A DNA stretch of 64,000 nt. It comes from Lama glama. Its lineage: Eukaryota. Shown here one piece after another: positions 11,800 through 24,680 of this stretch. The position numbers and the translations under genes are program-made. The stretch spans positions 12,526,001 to 12,590,000 of the forward strand of contig CM052817.1 in the NCBI GenBank assembly GCA_028534125.1, in the 5' to 3' direction. Each line of letters begins with the position of its first letter. Position 1 is the first letter of the stretch. Below the pieces are notes generated by a model. That model had not been told where the DNA came from. It made no database searches and saw nothing but the letters and a program-made list of their open reading frames with translations.

Positions 11800-11940
11800 C
11801 ATTTACTGTAAATGTGGGAGACAGACTCTGTCCTAAGAATGCTCTAGACACATCATGCATCCTCACAACAGCCCTAGGAGTTAGGCACAGTTATGAGCCT
11901 CACTCTACAGATGAGGAAGTAGAGATAGACAGTGGTTGTG
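11800..11940 (-). mobile_element. MIR SINE
   Basis: 'atcctcacaacagccctaggagttaggcac...cactctacagatgaggaagtagaga'. Confidence 0.7.
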
Positions 11941-12189
11941 TTACCAAAAGTCTCATTAAACTTCAAAAAAATTTATCAGAACACATGTTTCAAGTAAACA
12001 TTACATTTCTGCTTTATAACTCTGTTAATAGTGTTAATAGTATTTTTCATACAGATTTTCAAAACATAAAGCTCCTTGATATTATGGTCTGAAGGATTAA
12101 CCAAAACTGTACAAATAACCTCCTACAGTTTTAATATATTATTGAATTACCAAAAAAAATTTAATCCAGAATTTATTTTTAAGTATGGT

Positions 12190-12689
12190 NNNNNNNNNNN
12201 NNNNNNNNNNNNNNNNNNNNNNNNNNNNNNNNNNNNNNNNNNNNNNNNNNNNNNNNNNNNNNNNNNNNNNNNNNNNNNNNNNNNNNNNNNNNNNNNNNNN
12301 NNNNNNNNNNNNNNNNNNNNNNNNNNNNNNNNNNNNNNNNNNNNNNNNNNNNNNNNNNNNNNNNNNNNNNNNNNNNNNNNNNNNNNNNNNNNNNNNNNNN
12401 NNNNNNNNNNNNNNNNNNNNNNNNNNNNNNNNNNNNNNNNNNNNNNNNNNNNNNNNNNNNNNNNNNNNNNNNNNNNNNNNNNNNNNNNNNNNNNNNNNNN
12501 NNNNNNNNNNNNNNNNNNNNNNNNNNNNNNNNNNNNNNNNNNNNNNNNNNNNNNNNNNNNNNNNNNNNNNNNNNNNNNNNNNNNNNNNNNNNNNNNNNNN
12601 NNNNNNNNNNNNNNNNNNNNNNNNNNNNNNNNNNNNNNNNNNNNNNNNNNNNNNNNNNNNNNNNNNNNNNNNNNNNNNNNNNNNNNNNN
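12190..12689. other. Assembly gap (500 N)
   Basis: Run of N. Confidence 1.
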
Positions 12690-13429
12690 GCCATTCACTG
12701 CTGCCACTAACTGGCTCACTCTTTCTACCATGATTTCCATTTCTTGCCTGGAATGAAGATTTCTCTCTCCACCAATGTCTAACCTTCTGTTCATTTCCCA
12801 AATGATATACAAAATCTTTCTGTGCTTTATAGGCTCTTCTCTCAAGAAATTTGAGATGTTTTCCTCCGACAGTCTCGGAGAACCATAAATGACAGCTTAC
12901 AATCAACAGTCTTCCATTTTTAAAACAGTAAATTGGTTTTCCAGGAACAACTCAGGAACCCTGTCATTACCTGACATATGAAAGTACTTTATAAATATCT
13001 GCCTTACCCATGGCATCTGTTACCTCTTAATATCAGCTATAAGCCTTGGAACCTTTCCTTTGTTTTAAGATCTTAATTTCTATGTCTCAGTCCCTAATCA
13101 TGAGTCCCAGTGTCCTGTGACTATGTTTTGCAATAGACCCAGGTCTACATGCATGTAGAACACATGTTGGTCCATCAGAATATCTTTGTATTCCCAAAGT
13201 AAGCCTATCAATTAAATTCCATCTTCATTACCACTATTTTACTTTGTGTTTATCTTGGTATATCCTTAGGGTCATCCCTATCTTCTAACCTTCTAAAAAT
13301 ATTCTAAAGGTCCTGTGGATCCATCAATTGACTAGGTAGTCCAACGAAGTTAGTATGAGATGTAGCTTTGTCAGAGCCATGGTTAGTTCAATGATGATAT
13401 GGCTTTACTGTTGGAAAAACATAGAGTTT

Positions 13430-13610
13430 AGAGAGTAGTTTCGTAGAAATGATCTCATTTGATCTTTACAAGAGCACAGAAAAATGTGCTTCATTTTGCA
13501 AGGGAAAATTAAAGTAAGACTCAAAGAAACTGAATGGATTGCCTATAGTTACATTGCCAGTGAGTGAAACAACTGGGGTTTTTCCTCAGACTTTCTGATG
13601 CTCATTGCTA
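13430..13610 (-). mobile_element. MIR SINE
   Basis: 'atctcatttgatctttacaa...cttcattttgcaagggaaaattaaagtaagactcaaagaa'. Confidence 0.6.
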
Positions 13611-13679
13611 AATAATTCCATTCCCAAGGTGGATTTTTGGGCACCAGGAATTGTCTTAACTTGTTCACCCATGTCTTAT

Positions 13680-14540
13680 TTGAATCTAAAGTTTTTTAAC
13701 CAACTCATTCTTCTTCCAAGCTAATTCCTTCTCCTATATGGTCAGTATTCTCCTAGAAATCAGGGAGATTTAATTTAGCCCATTACTACCCTCTTTTTCC
13801 CATCACAAATACCCATTTGTTATGTCCTAATGATTCTAAACCTAAGTATTTCTTGAATGTAACTTCCTAACAACATCCCTACTTTCATTACCCTAGTTCA
13901 GAACTCAACTTTTCATGGAAATCACTGCACTGTCTTCCCTCTTCCCAACTCATCATCTTCTCTCCAGAGATTTCCTGTCATTTACAGATCACAGTCAAAC
14001 CTTGTTAAAATAAATACAGGATAATCTATGAACTGACTCCTTTCAACCTCACCAATCTAATCATGTGGCATTCCCTCCCTCATAGTCTATGCTTTTAGAA
14101 ACCCTGAATTGCCTCCATTTTCCTCAGTTTACCAAGCTTTCATCTGTGTCCTTTCTGTAGACTGCCGTTTCTGTTAGACAAGTGTCTTTTCTTCATTTTT
14201 TTCACGTCTCACTCCATTTTGTCCGTGCATCTCCTTTCTTATGCAACCTTCGTGAACACCTCCTACATCTCTAGTTACTGTGTAAGGGACTCTTTGGTGT
14301 GGCTACAATGCCACAAAACCCTGTGCATATGGCTATTACTGTACTTAGAGCATTACTTGATAAGACTTTCATTATCTTTTAATTGGCTCACAGTATGTAC
14401 TTATCTCTTTATCTGATAATTACATATTCATATCAGATACCTTGTCTGTTTCTATGTTCTCGCCTCTAATTAAACTGCAGGCTTTTTAAGGGGATTACTT
14501 TCATTCACTCCTCACTTCTTCTAGCAGACTAAAGGAACTC
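13680..14540 (+). mobile_element. L2 LINE 3' region, decayed
   Basis: Pyrimidine-rich L2 motifs ('catccctactttcattaccctagttcagaactc', 'taaactgcaggctttttaagggga'). Confidence 0.6.
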
Positions 14541-15464
14541 CTTTGTGGAGATGATGTAAAACTATGTATTTATTTATTATTTATCTATCTCATTATATAA
14601 TTTGTAAACAGGAACTATGATCATTAGTATATATATGCATATATCCATAAAGGTGCACACACAGAGACTATCATCTATGTACCAATACACATATATGATG
14701 CAGACATACACAACACACATACAAAAATATATATGTGTACATGCCATATATTTGTCTTCTCTCTCTCTGAGAGAATATATTTTTCCTTGAATTTTTATGT
14801 GTGAAATATAAAGATTGGTGGAAGTAGCTATACAAAATTCAACAGCTGATTCCACAATGTAACTCCTTCTCTGGGGATATGCTTGTGGGGGGCTCGTGGA
14901 GATTTGGGAGCTGAGTACGAATTAGGACAGGAGGATGTGGAGCAAGCTGCAGGTGTATCTCTGCTCTTCTCTGTTTAGGATTATGGCTAGGGTTCTTTTC
15001 AGATCCAGCTGTCTACAAGGTGATATGCTTTCTGTCATCTTCCCCACATTGTTTTGTAATCTACTAATATAGGTAAACTTAAGGAGCCTAGAAAGGCCAA
15101 ACTGTAGAACAACAATCATGAAGTCGGGGTCTTAGGGAGGTGAATGTACAGAAGCAAAGTGCAGTTTCATTCTGATATTGCAAATAATTGTCACATGCTA
15201 AATCCAAATATATTCATTAAAGAGTTTTTAGGATATAAATGAAATAAGTAATGACGTTTTAAGCACTTAATATACACAGATATTTGTAGATTGTTAAATG
15301 AGGGGATATAGTATCTAATCACTTGGAAAGTTTGTTGGACTTTTAGATAAGCTATGAACACACTATCCTTTTCCTCATTTAAAATGAAGGCATTCAGGTT
15401 TCCATGGTCTGAAATTTTGCCAATACTTTTGGGAAAAAAAATTATATTTGTATATTTAGAAGAA

Positions 15465-15595
15465 TACACACACACACACATATAGTTACACATATCATAT
15501 ATATGTTATATATATCATACATATTTACATATGTATCTGTATATATACATGTGTTTATATGTGTGTATATATAATATCTAATATTTATATATCAT
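15465..15595. repeat. (CA)n/(TA)n-rich simple repeat
   Basis: Directly visible. Confidence 0.85.
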
Positions 15596-16395
15596 AAGGA
15601 CCAGAGCCTTAATGCAGTACTATTCTTTAACACTATTTTCCTAATTATAGGATATGAATGATTTCACAGAAATTTCACTCCCTACTTATTAAATGAGCCT
15701 ACATTAGATTATTCTATTGTAATTTTATTAGACTATATGTTCTAATGATAGAATATATACGCTGATCATATTCTTATATCTATATGTCAATTTAATCATT
15801 TTCTTAGTCTCCTGTAATAACAGCCTCCATCCTATGATCAAAACACCTCCTTTCTAATTATATGTAATGTATTGAATGCACTGCCTTTCTGAGTTTATTT
15901 AAGTCTGTGGAGTGGGATATTACGTTCAGGAGAAAGAAAGACTCGGCACTTCCCATTGCCTTGTGCTCATGTGTGGCTGGGACCTGCACGGCCTTCCAGC
16001 TCTCTGTAAGACCGGAATAACAGCTAGCAAGTGCCACTTCCCCCAAGTCAAGGTTCTCACTAAATCCGAATGCCAAGCACCCCATCTTCTAATTAATGGC
16101 GTCTGCAAATTCCCAGTTTAGAATTTCCTTTGATTTAGTTCTTCTTCGGGCTTAAACTGTTCTTTAGGGAAGTAAGTATCCTCATTTCATCAATCCTAAT
16201 AAAGCTCAATTTATTCAAATCCCTTGCAAGAACCTGAGTGTCTCACATTTAAAACATAGTGATTATTCCTAATCCTTGTTAAGCAAATTACTCTAACTAC
16301 CATATTGCTGACTTCTACAGGAGTGTAGTCAGGGTTGAGGGAATTCTTTTTCCCTGGCTTGAAAGTATTACAGTATAATGAACACGGCTCTAGAT

Positions 16396-16590
16396 CCGTG
16401 GTTCTCATACTCAACATCTAAGCAAAAGCATCAGAATCACCTGGAGAGCTTGTTAAAACACAGGCTCCTGAGCCTCACCCCCAGAGGATCAGATTCAGTA
16501 GGTCCAGGCTGGGGCCCAAAATGCGCATGTCTAACAAGATCCTGGGTGAGGCTGAGCTGCTTTTCCCAGACTGCACTTTGAGAACAACTG
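16396..16590. mobile_element. MER5A-like hAT-Charlie MITE, full length
   Basis: TIRs CCGTGGTTCTCA...TGAGAACAACTG; perfect 8-bp TSD CTCTAGAT (16388-16395, 16591-16598). Confidence 0.92.
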
Positions 16591-16812
16591 CTCTAGATTA
16601 AAAATCTGACACTCTTGCTTCTTATTCTTTGCTGTTCTCATGAATATTTAACTTTAAGTTTGCCTCTTACCTTCCCTAAGCTTCAAGTTTCTCATCAGCC
16701 CTTGTAACACAATCTAATGCTCATTAGGACGACATACGGGCTAGGGAGCTGAGCTAAGAAGAAGCGAGCACACGCATGGATAATGGTCAGACCATATATA
16801 ACAGCAGAACTG

Positions 16813-17292
16813 TGCAAAGGACTGCATGTTTGTGTCCCTCTTAAATTAATATATTGAAATACTAGTGGAAGAGGGTATAGCTCAAGTGGTAGACTGCGTG
16901 CGTAGCACGCACAAGGTCCTGGGTTCAATCCCCAGTACCTCCTCTAAAAACAAATAAGTAAGCCTGACTATCTCCCCCCTCAAAGAAATTAAAAATACAT
17001 TGAAATGCTTTCCCCTGATGGGATGATATTAGGGGACGAGGACTTTTGGAAGCCATTAAGTCAGGAGGGTGGGCTCATGTAAAAGAAACTCAGAGGGCTC
17101 TCCCTCCCCTTCCTGCATGTGAGGACACAGGAACAAGATGACTGTGTGTGAGGAAGCAGGACCTCGCCACACACTGAGGCTGCCAGCTCCCTGACCTTGT
17201 ACTTCCCAGCCTCCAGGCCTATGAGAAACAAACATTGTTTATGCTGCCCAGTCTCCGGTACTTTTGTTATAACACCTGAACATATAATGACA
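16813..17292 (+). mobile_element. MLT1A-like MaLR solo LTR
   Basis: TG...CA ends; 'ggactgcatgtttgtgtccc', 'catgtgaggacacag'; 5-bp TSD AACTG/AGCTG. Confidence 0.85.
16866..16993 (+). mobile_element. vic-1-like SINE inserted in MLT1A
   Basis: GAGGGTATAGCTCAAGTGGTAGA...GGTCCTGGGTTCAATCCCCAGTACC; TSD AATATATTGAAATACT / AATACATTGAAATGCT. Confidence 0.88.
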
Positions 17293-17729
17293 AGCTGACC
17301 CAAAACCTCCCAGCAATCCACCCAGGGAGTCAGACCACAACCTCAGCACCAGCTGGCCCAGAACATCAAGACTCGGGCAACAGCTCCAGGCTTTCCTATG
17401 TTTTGCCCCTGCCTCTAACCCCAGCATCAACGAGAGAAAGATGACCTCCAAAGCAATCACAGAAGCTGCTTCCTTTCTCGTTCATCCAACTCAGCTGCCT
17501 CTTGCCAAAAATCTCCAAATGAGACATAGCTGAAACCTTCCCCTTTTTTCGCCATAAAGCTTTCCTGCTCTTCTGACTGCCTTTGAGTCCCTGCCAAACG
17601 CAATTGATGGTGGCTGACTCGCCTGCCGTAGTAAGCTCTGGATTAATAGCCTCTTTTTCTCCACTTTTGGGTGGTCTTCATTTATTCCCACAGCTAGTGC
17701 TGAACCAATTATACCTCCATAAAACAAAT

Positions 17730-18140
17730 TAAACTTAAAAAAATAAAAATGGACCTACCATATGACACATCGATTCTGCTCCTAGGTATTCCCCCAAGAG
17801 AAATGAAAGCATATATCCAAGTGAAAATATAAGAATACTAACACAATATTTATTTGTTCTTGTCAAAAACCAGAACCACCCATAATGTCCTTCAACAAGT
17901 GAATGGATAAACAAATCGTGTGATATCCATGAAGGGGAATAATACTCGTAATAAAAAAGAACAGTCCACTGAAACTTATAACACGGATGGAGCAATTATA
18001 TTGAGTGAAAAAAGTCAGAGGGAAGAAAAGAAGTACATACTATATGATTCCAGTTATATGAAAATTCCAGAAAATGCAAAGTAACCTGTAGTGACAGAAA
18101 GCATATCAGTTATTATATGAGAAGGTGATATGCTGGAGGC
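17730..18140 (+). mobile_element. L1MB/ME-like ORF2 end and 3' UTR
   Basis: 'ctcctaggtattcccccaagagaaatgaaagcatat', 'aatgtccttcaacaagtgaatggataaacaaa'. Confidence 0.8.
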
Positions 18141-18240
18141 NNNNNNNNNNNNNNNNNNNNNNNNNNNNNNNNNNNNNNNNNNNNNNNNNNNNNNNNNNNN
18201 NNNNNNNNNNNNNNNNNNNNNNNNNNNNNNNNNNNNNNNN
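18141..18240. other. Assembly gap (100 N)
   Basis: Run of N. Confidence 1.
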
Positions 18241-18356
18241 AAAAAAATTTCTTGCTACAGTTGTTTAATTTCATTCCATAGAGTAATTTTTGATAGTGCA
18301 GTCTTCTGTGTTATGGTGGGAGTATTTGCAGGAAACAGACAGACTCTATGTGATAT

Positions 18357-18385
18357 ACAGACAGACAGACAGACAGACAGACAGA
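18357..18385. repeat. (ACAG)n microsatellite
   Basis: Directly visible. Confidence 0.95.
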
Positions 18386-19424
18386 TATAATGCACAAATA
18401 TTTCAGGAGCGTGGATATCAAATAGTAAGAGAGAAATCAGCTTTTTTTGTAAACTCACTATGGAAAAATGCACACTGAGGTCTAGTACCACCTAGGAATT
18501 CATAGTCTTTAATAGGATAAAAATAGTTCCTCTGCTTAGTTACAGATATAAAAATATCCATCTACCATAAGTCTCCATACAGCATTTCTCTCTCTAAAGT
18601 AATATCTGCCATTAAAGCACACACAAGGCCATGTAAATGCCAGTGTGTGCCCTTAACGAAGCAGCGTGATTCTCACCATAGAAGCCAATGAACACTGCAC
18701 AGTATTCAAGATTTTCCCCAAGGTTGATATTAAAAGTTATATCCTGCAGCTTAGGCACTGTAAAGATAGCAAATAAAGAAAGGAAGCAAAATGTCTCTCT
18801 GGTTCTTCATTCCTCCCTCCCTACTATGATACTAGGAGGCCAATGAGAAGTGTTTTAATTAAAAGTCAGATTGTGTGAATAATCAAATGTGCATTTTCTC
18901 TGCCTTCTGCACTGGGGCATGAGACATGCTTATCTCAGTTAGAGCCAAGGGTTTCACACTTCCCCTTTGTCAATATGACAAAGGATGCAAACTGAAACCT
19001 AGGTCTTTCATGAAACAAGAAGATGCAAACCAGTGTGTCGAGGAGGAAACAGAAAGGTAAAAGCTGTAAAACCCTTATTCTTAAGTCAAGGCTCTTTTGT
19101 TACAGATATGGAAATAGAGGTCCTGAGAAAGGAGGCGACTCCTAAGAGCACAGAATACATTAGAGGAAAGTTAGAAACGAAATGTATGTTACCTCTTGAA
19201 AGGCACCTAACTCAGTTAAGCTAGAAGAGGTCTGATAAATGGCCTCCAATATTTTCTATTCGGATAAATTAAAGGGGGGAAAAAAAGCCTGAGAATCAGA
19301 TCTCAGCCAGCAGTTACACCTTGGCTTATTCAAACAGATGCCCTTGTTACACATTCAGCAGGTTTGCTCAGGTTAGAAACAAGGTACTTTCAACTCCCTT
19401 TAACAATTGGCGATCCCTGAGAAT

Positions 19425-19628
19425 TGCAACCTTGGCATTATTGACGTTTGGGGCCTGATGATTATTTGATTTGGGGGCTGTCCTGTGCATTGTAGAATGC
19501 AGCATCGCAGCCTCTACCCACTACATGCCAGTAGCCCTGCATTTCATTTGAGAGAACCAAAGATGTCTGCAGACATTGCCCATATAGCCCCTGAGGAAGT
19601 AAAACAGCCCCAAGTTGAAAAATTAATG
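19425..19628 (+). mobile_element. MER20 hAT-Charlie element
   Basis: 'caaccttggcattattgacgtttgggg...gggggctgtcctgtgcattgtagaatg...cctctacccactacatgccagtagc'. Confidence 0.85.
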
Positions 19629-19949
19629 AGCTGAATCATCCCTAAGTATTTATTTCTGATATTGCCCATTGGTTTAAGCTTAGAAATATCTTTACTCACT
19701 CTGAGATCTTACATTTTTTTTCTAATCAATTTTTCAATGACTTGAAACTTCTTTTACATTTGACAGTAAATTTTACCCAAATATAATTTTCTAATTACAG
19801 AATCTCAATTTTAGTATAACCATAAAATGTTTATTTCTTCATATCATTGCCTTCAACTACATCATGTTGATCACTCCTTTCCTGAAAGAAGGATGGGTTG
19901 TTAATGAAAGCTTAAGCCTATTGCCTAGCTTTTTGATCATTTTTGGTAC

Positions 19950-21760
19950 AAGCATATTTGGTACAAGTAAGAAACTTACAATGACACATTGTATAACCCC
20001 AAATCCACAGAATGCATTAGAGTCCACTGTTGATGTTGTATAGTCTACAGACTTGGACAAACATATAAGAACATGTTTTCATCATTATAGTCTCACACAA
20101 TGTATTTTCATTGCCTTGAAATTCCACTATGCCCCACTTAGTCACCCCTCCCTTCTCCCAGCCCTTTGCAATCACTGATCATTTTACTGTCTCTATAGCT
20201 TTGCTTCCTCCAGAATGTCACGTAGTTGGAATCATACCATATTAATGTATGCAGCCTTGTCAGGTTGACTTCTTTCGCTTAATAATATGAGTTTAAGTTT
20301 ACTTCATGCCTTTTCACGGCGTATAGCTCAGTTCCTTTTAGTGCTGAGAAGTATTCCATTGTCTGGATGGACCACCTATGAAGGACATCTTGGATGCTTC
20401 CAAGTGTTGGCAATTATGAATAAAGCTGCTAAAAAGAATCATGTGGAGGTTTTTGTGTGGACGTGTTCTCAGTTCATTAGGGTAGATAGCAAGGGATGTA
20501 ATTGCTGGATTGTATGGTAAGAGTGTGTTTAGTTTTGTAAGAAACAGTCAAACTGTCATCCAAACTGGCTGTAACATTTTGCATTTCCACCAGCAATGAA
20601 AGAGAGTTCTTTGTTCTTTTCACTCCATCCTCACCAGCCTTTGGTGTCAGTGTCCTGGGTTTTGGTCATTCTAATATATGTGATATCTCATTGTTTTAGT
20701 TTGCAATTCTCTAATGAAGTATGATGTAAAACACCTTTTCATATGCATATATGCCATCTGTTTATCTTCTTTGGTGAGGTGACTATTAAGTTCATTGGCC
20801 CAATTTTTTAATTAGTTTGTTTATTCTCTTATTGTTGAGTTTTAAGGGTTCTTTGTATGTTTTGGGAGCAATCCTTTATCAGATGTGCCTTTTGAAAGTA
20901 CTTTCTTCCAATCTGTGGCTTGTCTTCTCATTCTGATAACAGAACAAAGGTTTTTGGCTTTAATTAAGTCCAGCTTATTACTTTTTTCTTTCATAGATTG
21001 TGCCTTTGATGTGGTCTCTAAAAAGTCATTGCCATACCCAAGGTCATCTAGGTTTTCTCCTATTTTATCTTCTAAGAGTTTTATAGTTTTGCATTTTACA
21101 TTTTGGCGTGTGACCCATTTTTAGTCAATTTTTGTGAAGGGTGTCTAAGTTCTGCGTCTTGGTTCATTTTCTTTGTGCAGGATTTTCCAGCACTGTTTGT
21201 TGAGAACATTAGCTTTTCTATGTTGTATTACTTTTGCTCCTTTTCAAAAATCAGTTGGTTATAGCTGTGTGGCTCTATTTCCAGGAACTCTATTCTGTCC
21301 CATTGATCTATTTGTCTATTCTTTCACCAATGCCGCACTGTCTTGATTACTTCAGCTTAATAGCAAATCTTGAAGTTGGGTAGTGTCGGTCCTCCAACTT
21401 TGTTCTTCCTCAACATAGTATTGGCCATTCTCCTCTGTATAAACTTTTCTCCTCCGTATAAACTTTAGAATCAGTTTACTAATATCCAAAAAATGATTTT
21501 GGTTGGGATGATGTTGAATCTACAGATGGAGCTGGGAGGAACTGACACCTTGACAATACCAAGTCTTTCTACCCATAAATACTGACTCTCTCCCCATTTG
21601 TTGAGTTCTTTGATTTTGTCCAGCAGAACTATATAGCTTCCCTTGTATAAATCTTGTTCATGTTGTGTTGGATTTATACCCAAGTGTTTCATTTTGAAGA
21701 GTGTGAATGTAAATAGTATTGTGTTTTAAATTTCAAATTTCACTTTTTCATCGCTGGTTC
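19950..21760 (-). mobile_element. L1MC-like LINE-1 3' portion (ORF2 C-terminal relic and 3' UTR)
   Basis: ORF 21471-21692 (KHLGINPT...LNKW...ICRFNIIP) is L1 ORF2-like; antisense L1MC 3' UTR motifs at 19960-20300. Confidence 0.88.
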
Positions 21761-21895
21761 ATTTTAGTTTTTAATACTGATTAATATTCATCTAGCTTCC
21801 TCCCAGTTCAGATTCAAAGCTCTTCTTACTTCCCACCAGTTTAACAAGTTTATAACTCCAGTTTCAGAGGGAGTGCAGGGGGAGGATCACTATCT

Positions 21896-21930
21896 CACAC
21901 ACACACACACACACACACCCCCACACACAC
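21896..21930. repeat. (CA)n microsatellite
   Basis: Directly visible. Confidence 0.95.
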
Positions 21931-22752
21931 CCCACTCCCAGAGAGAGAAAAAATGGCTCATTATTTAGGAAAAAAAAAACTTTCACTCCTCTTTTGTTGT
22001 CGTAATTTGTGCCTTGAAGAAATAAAGTACAAATACTTGTGTATGTCTCTTAATTTCAACAAGTAGTAACCAACTCCCCTAGACATTGTGTGTCCCTTGA
22101 TGTTTAAGCCCTATTTGCTTTTGAACCATAGCTGGCAGTCTCACTCAATAGTTCCCTGGTTTTTGTATTTTTGGCCCCTGTTGCCTTTCCTGCAAGTCTA
22201 AGATTCTCATTTTCACCTACTCCCCATGACTCTCAAATGAGAGCTTGAGAGCATATGATTGATCTGTCTTCTAAGAATCTCGGAAATTCCAGGGAAGGCT
22301 GTCTCACCAAGCATCCTCCTCCCACCTCTTTCCTGATCCTCAGAAGCATTAGGCCATCTGCCAAGTCAATGAATTAGCAAATTTTAGGTAGGAGATAATT
22401 ATGACACTTTATTTGACAACAAAGAGGCATTTTGTTCATTACTAACATAAAAAGTGAGTTTCTCCCCATTTTCTCTCATTTCTGGTATGGCATTTTAATG
22501 CTCTGTATTAGGATTCAAAATATATACAAAGATAGGTTAAAAGTCATGGAATCCCTTTATCACTGAGGTCACCACGTTTCAAATGATATTATAATTTATC
22601 ATCTTTATAATCTGCCTTTTCCAGTACTTTGTGGGTTTCATGAGGATATTTGAACCTCCAGCACCAAACACAGCTCCTAGAATATAGCATGTCAATTTTT
22701 CTGAAGCCATTGAATTGACTTCAAAACACACAGTTGAGGTCATATTTGCTAG

Positions 22753-22794
22753 CCGACTCTCATCTGGATATTAGAAGCAATCTTAATTTTGGTG
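22753..22794 (+). pseudogene. Candidate 42-nt symmetric exon
   Basis: tatttgctAG acceptor, GTG|GTGAGT donor; phase-1 frame open (DSHLDIRSNLNFG). Confidence 0.35.
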
Positions 22795-23199
22795 GTGAGT
22801 TCTTTGTAGATTCATGATATTAATCATCTGTAATATAAATTAGCCTGTTATAATACAGTTTGTGTTGACTTATGACAGAGTTATTCTATTTACATATAAT
22901 GGAATTGATTAATTCTTTATTGTAATACTTTAATAATCAAAATTTTAGGCAATTAGAAGTAAAACAAAAGTCTACCTTTAAAAATATTTAGACTCTTTAC
23001 ATCCAACCCTTTAATTAACAGGATTATGCTCTGCTACATGCTTTGAAGTGAAGGCCCAGACTTGATTTTACTCACTTGTAGGAAATGTAGGAAACCCACT
23101 TGTAATGGTTCTTTTTTTCTCATCTCTTTCAAGAGTCATTACTTGCAATTTATTAATTTCCATGAATAATCTTCTACAACTATTATACTGGTTCAATTA

Positions 23200-23305
23200 A
23201 AATAACCCTATTCCATATCTTCAAATACAGTCACATTCTGAGGTCCTGGAGCGTTAATACTTTAACAAATGAATTTTGGGGGCAGAACACAATTCAGCCC
23301 ATAAT
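23200..23305 (-). mobile_element. MLT1 LTR 5'-end fragment
   Basis: 'caaatacagtcacattctgaggtcctgg...acacaattcagcccataa'. Confidence 0.75.
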
Positions 23306-23349
23306 AACACATTTCAATATTATACAGTTTTATAGTGCTTTTAATATAT

Positions 23350-23560
23350 TGAACAAAATAGACTTTAGAGTTAGATAAAATTGGTTCAAAAAATGGCCCT
23401 TCAACTTTTCAGATGGGGGGCATGTGGACAGGTTACTTAATGTCTCTAAGCCTCATTTTTTTCATTAAAAATGAGAAAATAATTAAATTGTGTAATATAT
23501 TCAAACTATTCAGGACAGTGCTTCACATAAGGTGAATTCTCAGTCAAATGCAACCAACTA
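23350..23560 (+). mobile_element. MIR SINE
   Basis: 'ggacaggttacttaatgtctctaagcctcatttttttcattaaaaatgag'. Confidence 0.75.
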
Positions 23561-23699
23561 TTTCCAATTTGGTTTAAGTGATTCTTAGATGGGAGATGAC
23601 ATCTACGCAATAGATTTTCCTTATATCAGTCATTTTACTAAATTCTCTTTTATTCGTATTGTCTTTAATAGTCTCTTTATAAAAGTATATTACCTGCAA

Positions 23700-24680
23700 A
23701 ATTTTTCCCTTGGCATCTGTTTGTTATCTTCTTTTATTTGTCAGAAGTTACCAAAAAATGCAAAATTATAATGGCAGTTTTGTTCCTAGCTTTAATTGTG
23801 ACATCTGTTGTTTTCCTAGCAAGTAAAACATTGACTTTTGCTTTTTAACATTAAGAAGAGTGTTATCTTTGTGTCGGTTTTCTAGAAATTATCATTAGGT
23901 GAATATTTTATTTTGTTGAATTCCTATTGCATTCTTACTAAAATATTAGTATAATTTGTCAGATTCTTCATGTTTCTACTGAAAATATAAGTCTTTTCCA
24001 AGGCAGATCATTTTTTAAATACTCTGTTGAAATCATTTTCTTAGTGTTTCACATATATTTTTCATTTTTATCCATAAGTAAAGATTTATATTTTTCTTCA
24101 GTATTTCCTTTGTCAGGTATAAATGTGCTTCATAAAGTAAAGCATGCAATTTTTCATCATGTTTAATTATCACAGTTTATAGAGTGTTTAAATTAAATTT
24201 TCAAATAAAATTTTTAAATGGCTCACCTGCAAATTTCCTTTGTTTGAAATATTTTGAAGACATTTCCTTGATAATTTTTACATTTTCTTCTATGACTTTT
24301 ATCTATTAAGGTTTTTAAATCTCTTCTTGACTCAGCTTTAGTAAGTTGTATTTTTTTCCAGAAAAGGTGTTAATTTGACAAAACATTCTAAAATCAAATA
24401 GTTGTGCAAAGTATTATCCCAAACAAAGTTAGTCCTTATTCCCTTATAGCTGTATTTCTTGTCTAGTTCTAATTTCCAGCTTTTATTTTCTCCTTCTCTT
24501 GAATTCTCTGGCTTTTCTATTTTACATAATTATTTTCAAAGAACAGCTCTTTATTTTCTTTTTCCCTAATTCCATTTTTCAAATTTTTACATTTTCTTTT
24601 TATTTTAATAATTGCATTTATTTTACTTTTGGTGATTGTTTTTATCCCTTTCTTAAATCTTAAACTAAACTTTAAAAAAA
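23700..24680 (-). mobile_element. Highly decayed old L1 ORF2 fragment
   Basis: T-rich; residual antisense ORF2-like phrases ('gttttaaatctcttcttgactcagctttagtaagttgtatttt'). Confidence 0.45.

Larger units (their letters stand above)
16702..17691 (+). mobile_element. MER34/MER39-like ERV1 solo LTR, split by an MLT1A insertion
   Basis: 'ggtcagaccatatataacagcagaac|...|ctgacccaaaacc' reads contiguously across the insert; 3' end 'gatggtggctgactc...gggtggtcttcatttattcccaca'. Confidence 0.7.

Noticed and set aside
12076..12906. Long ORFs of 171-255 aa
   Set aside because: Artefacts of reading through the N gap.
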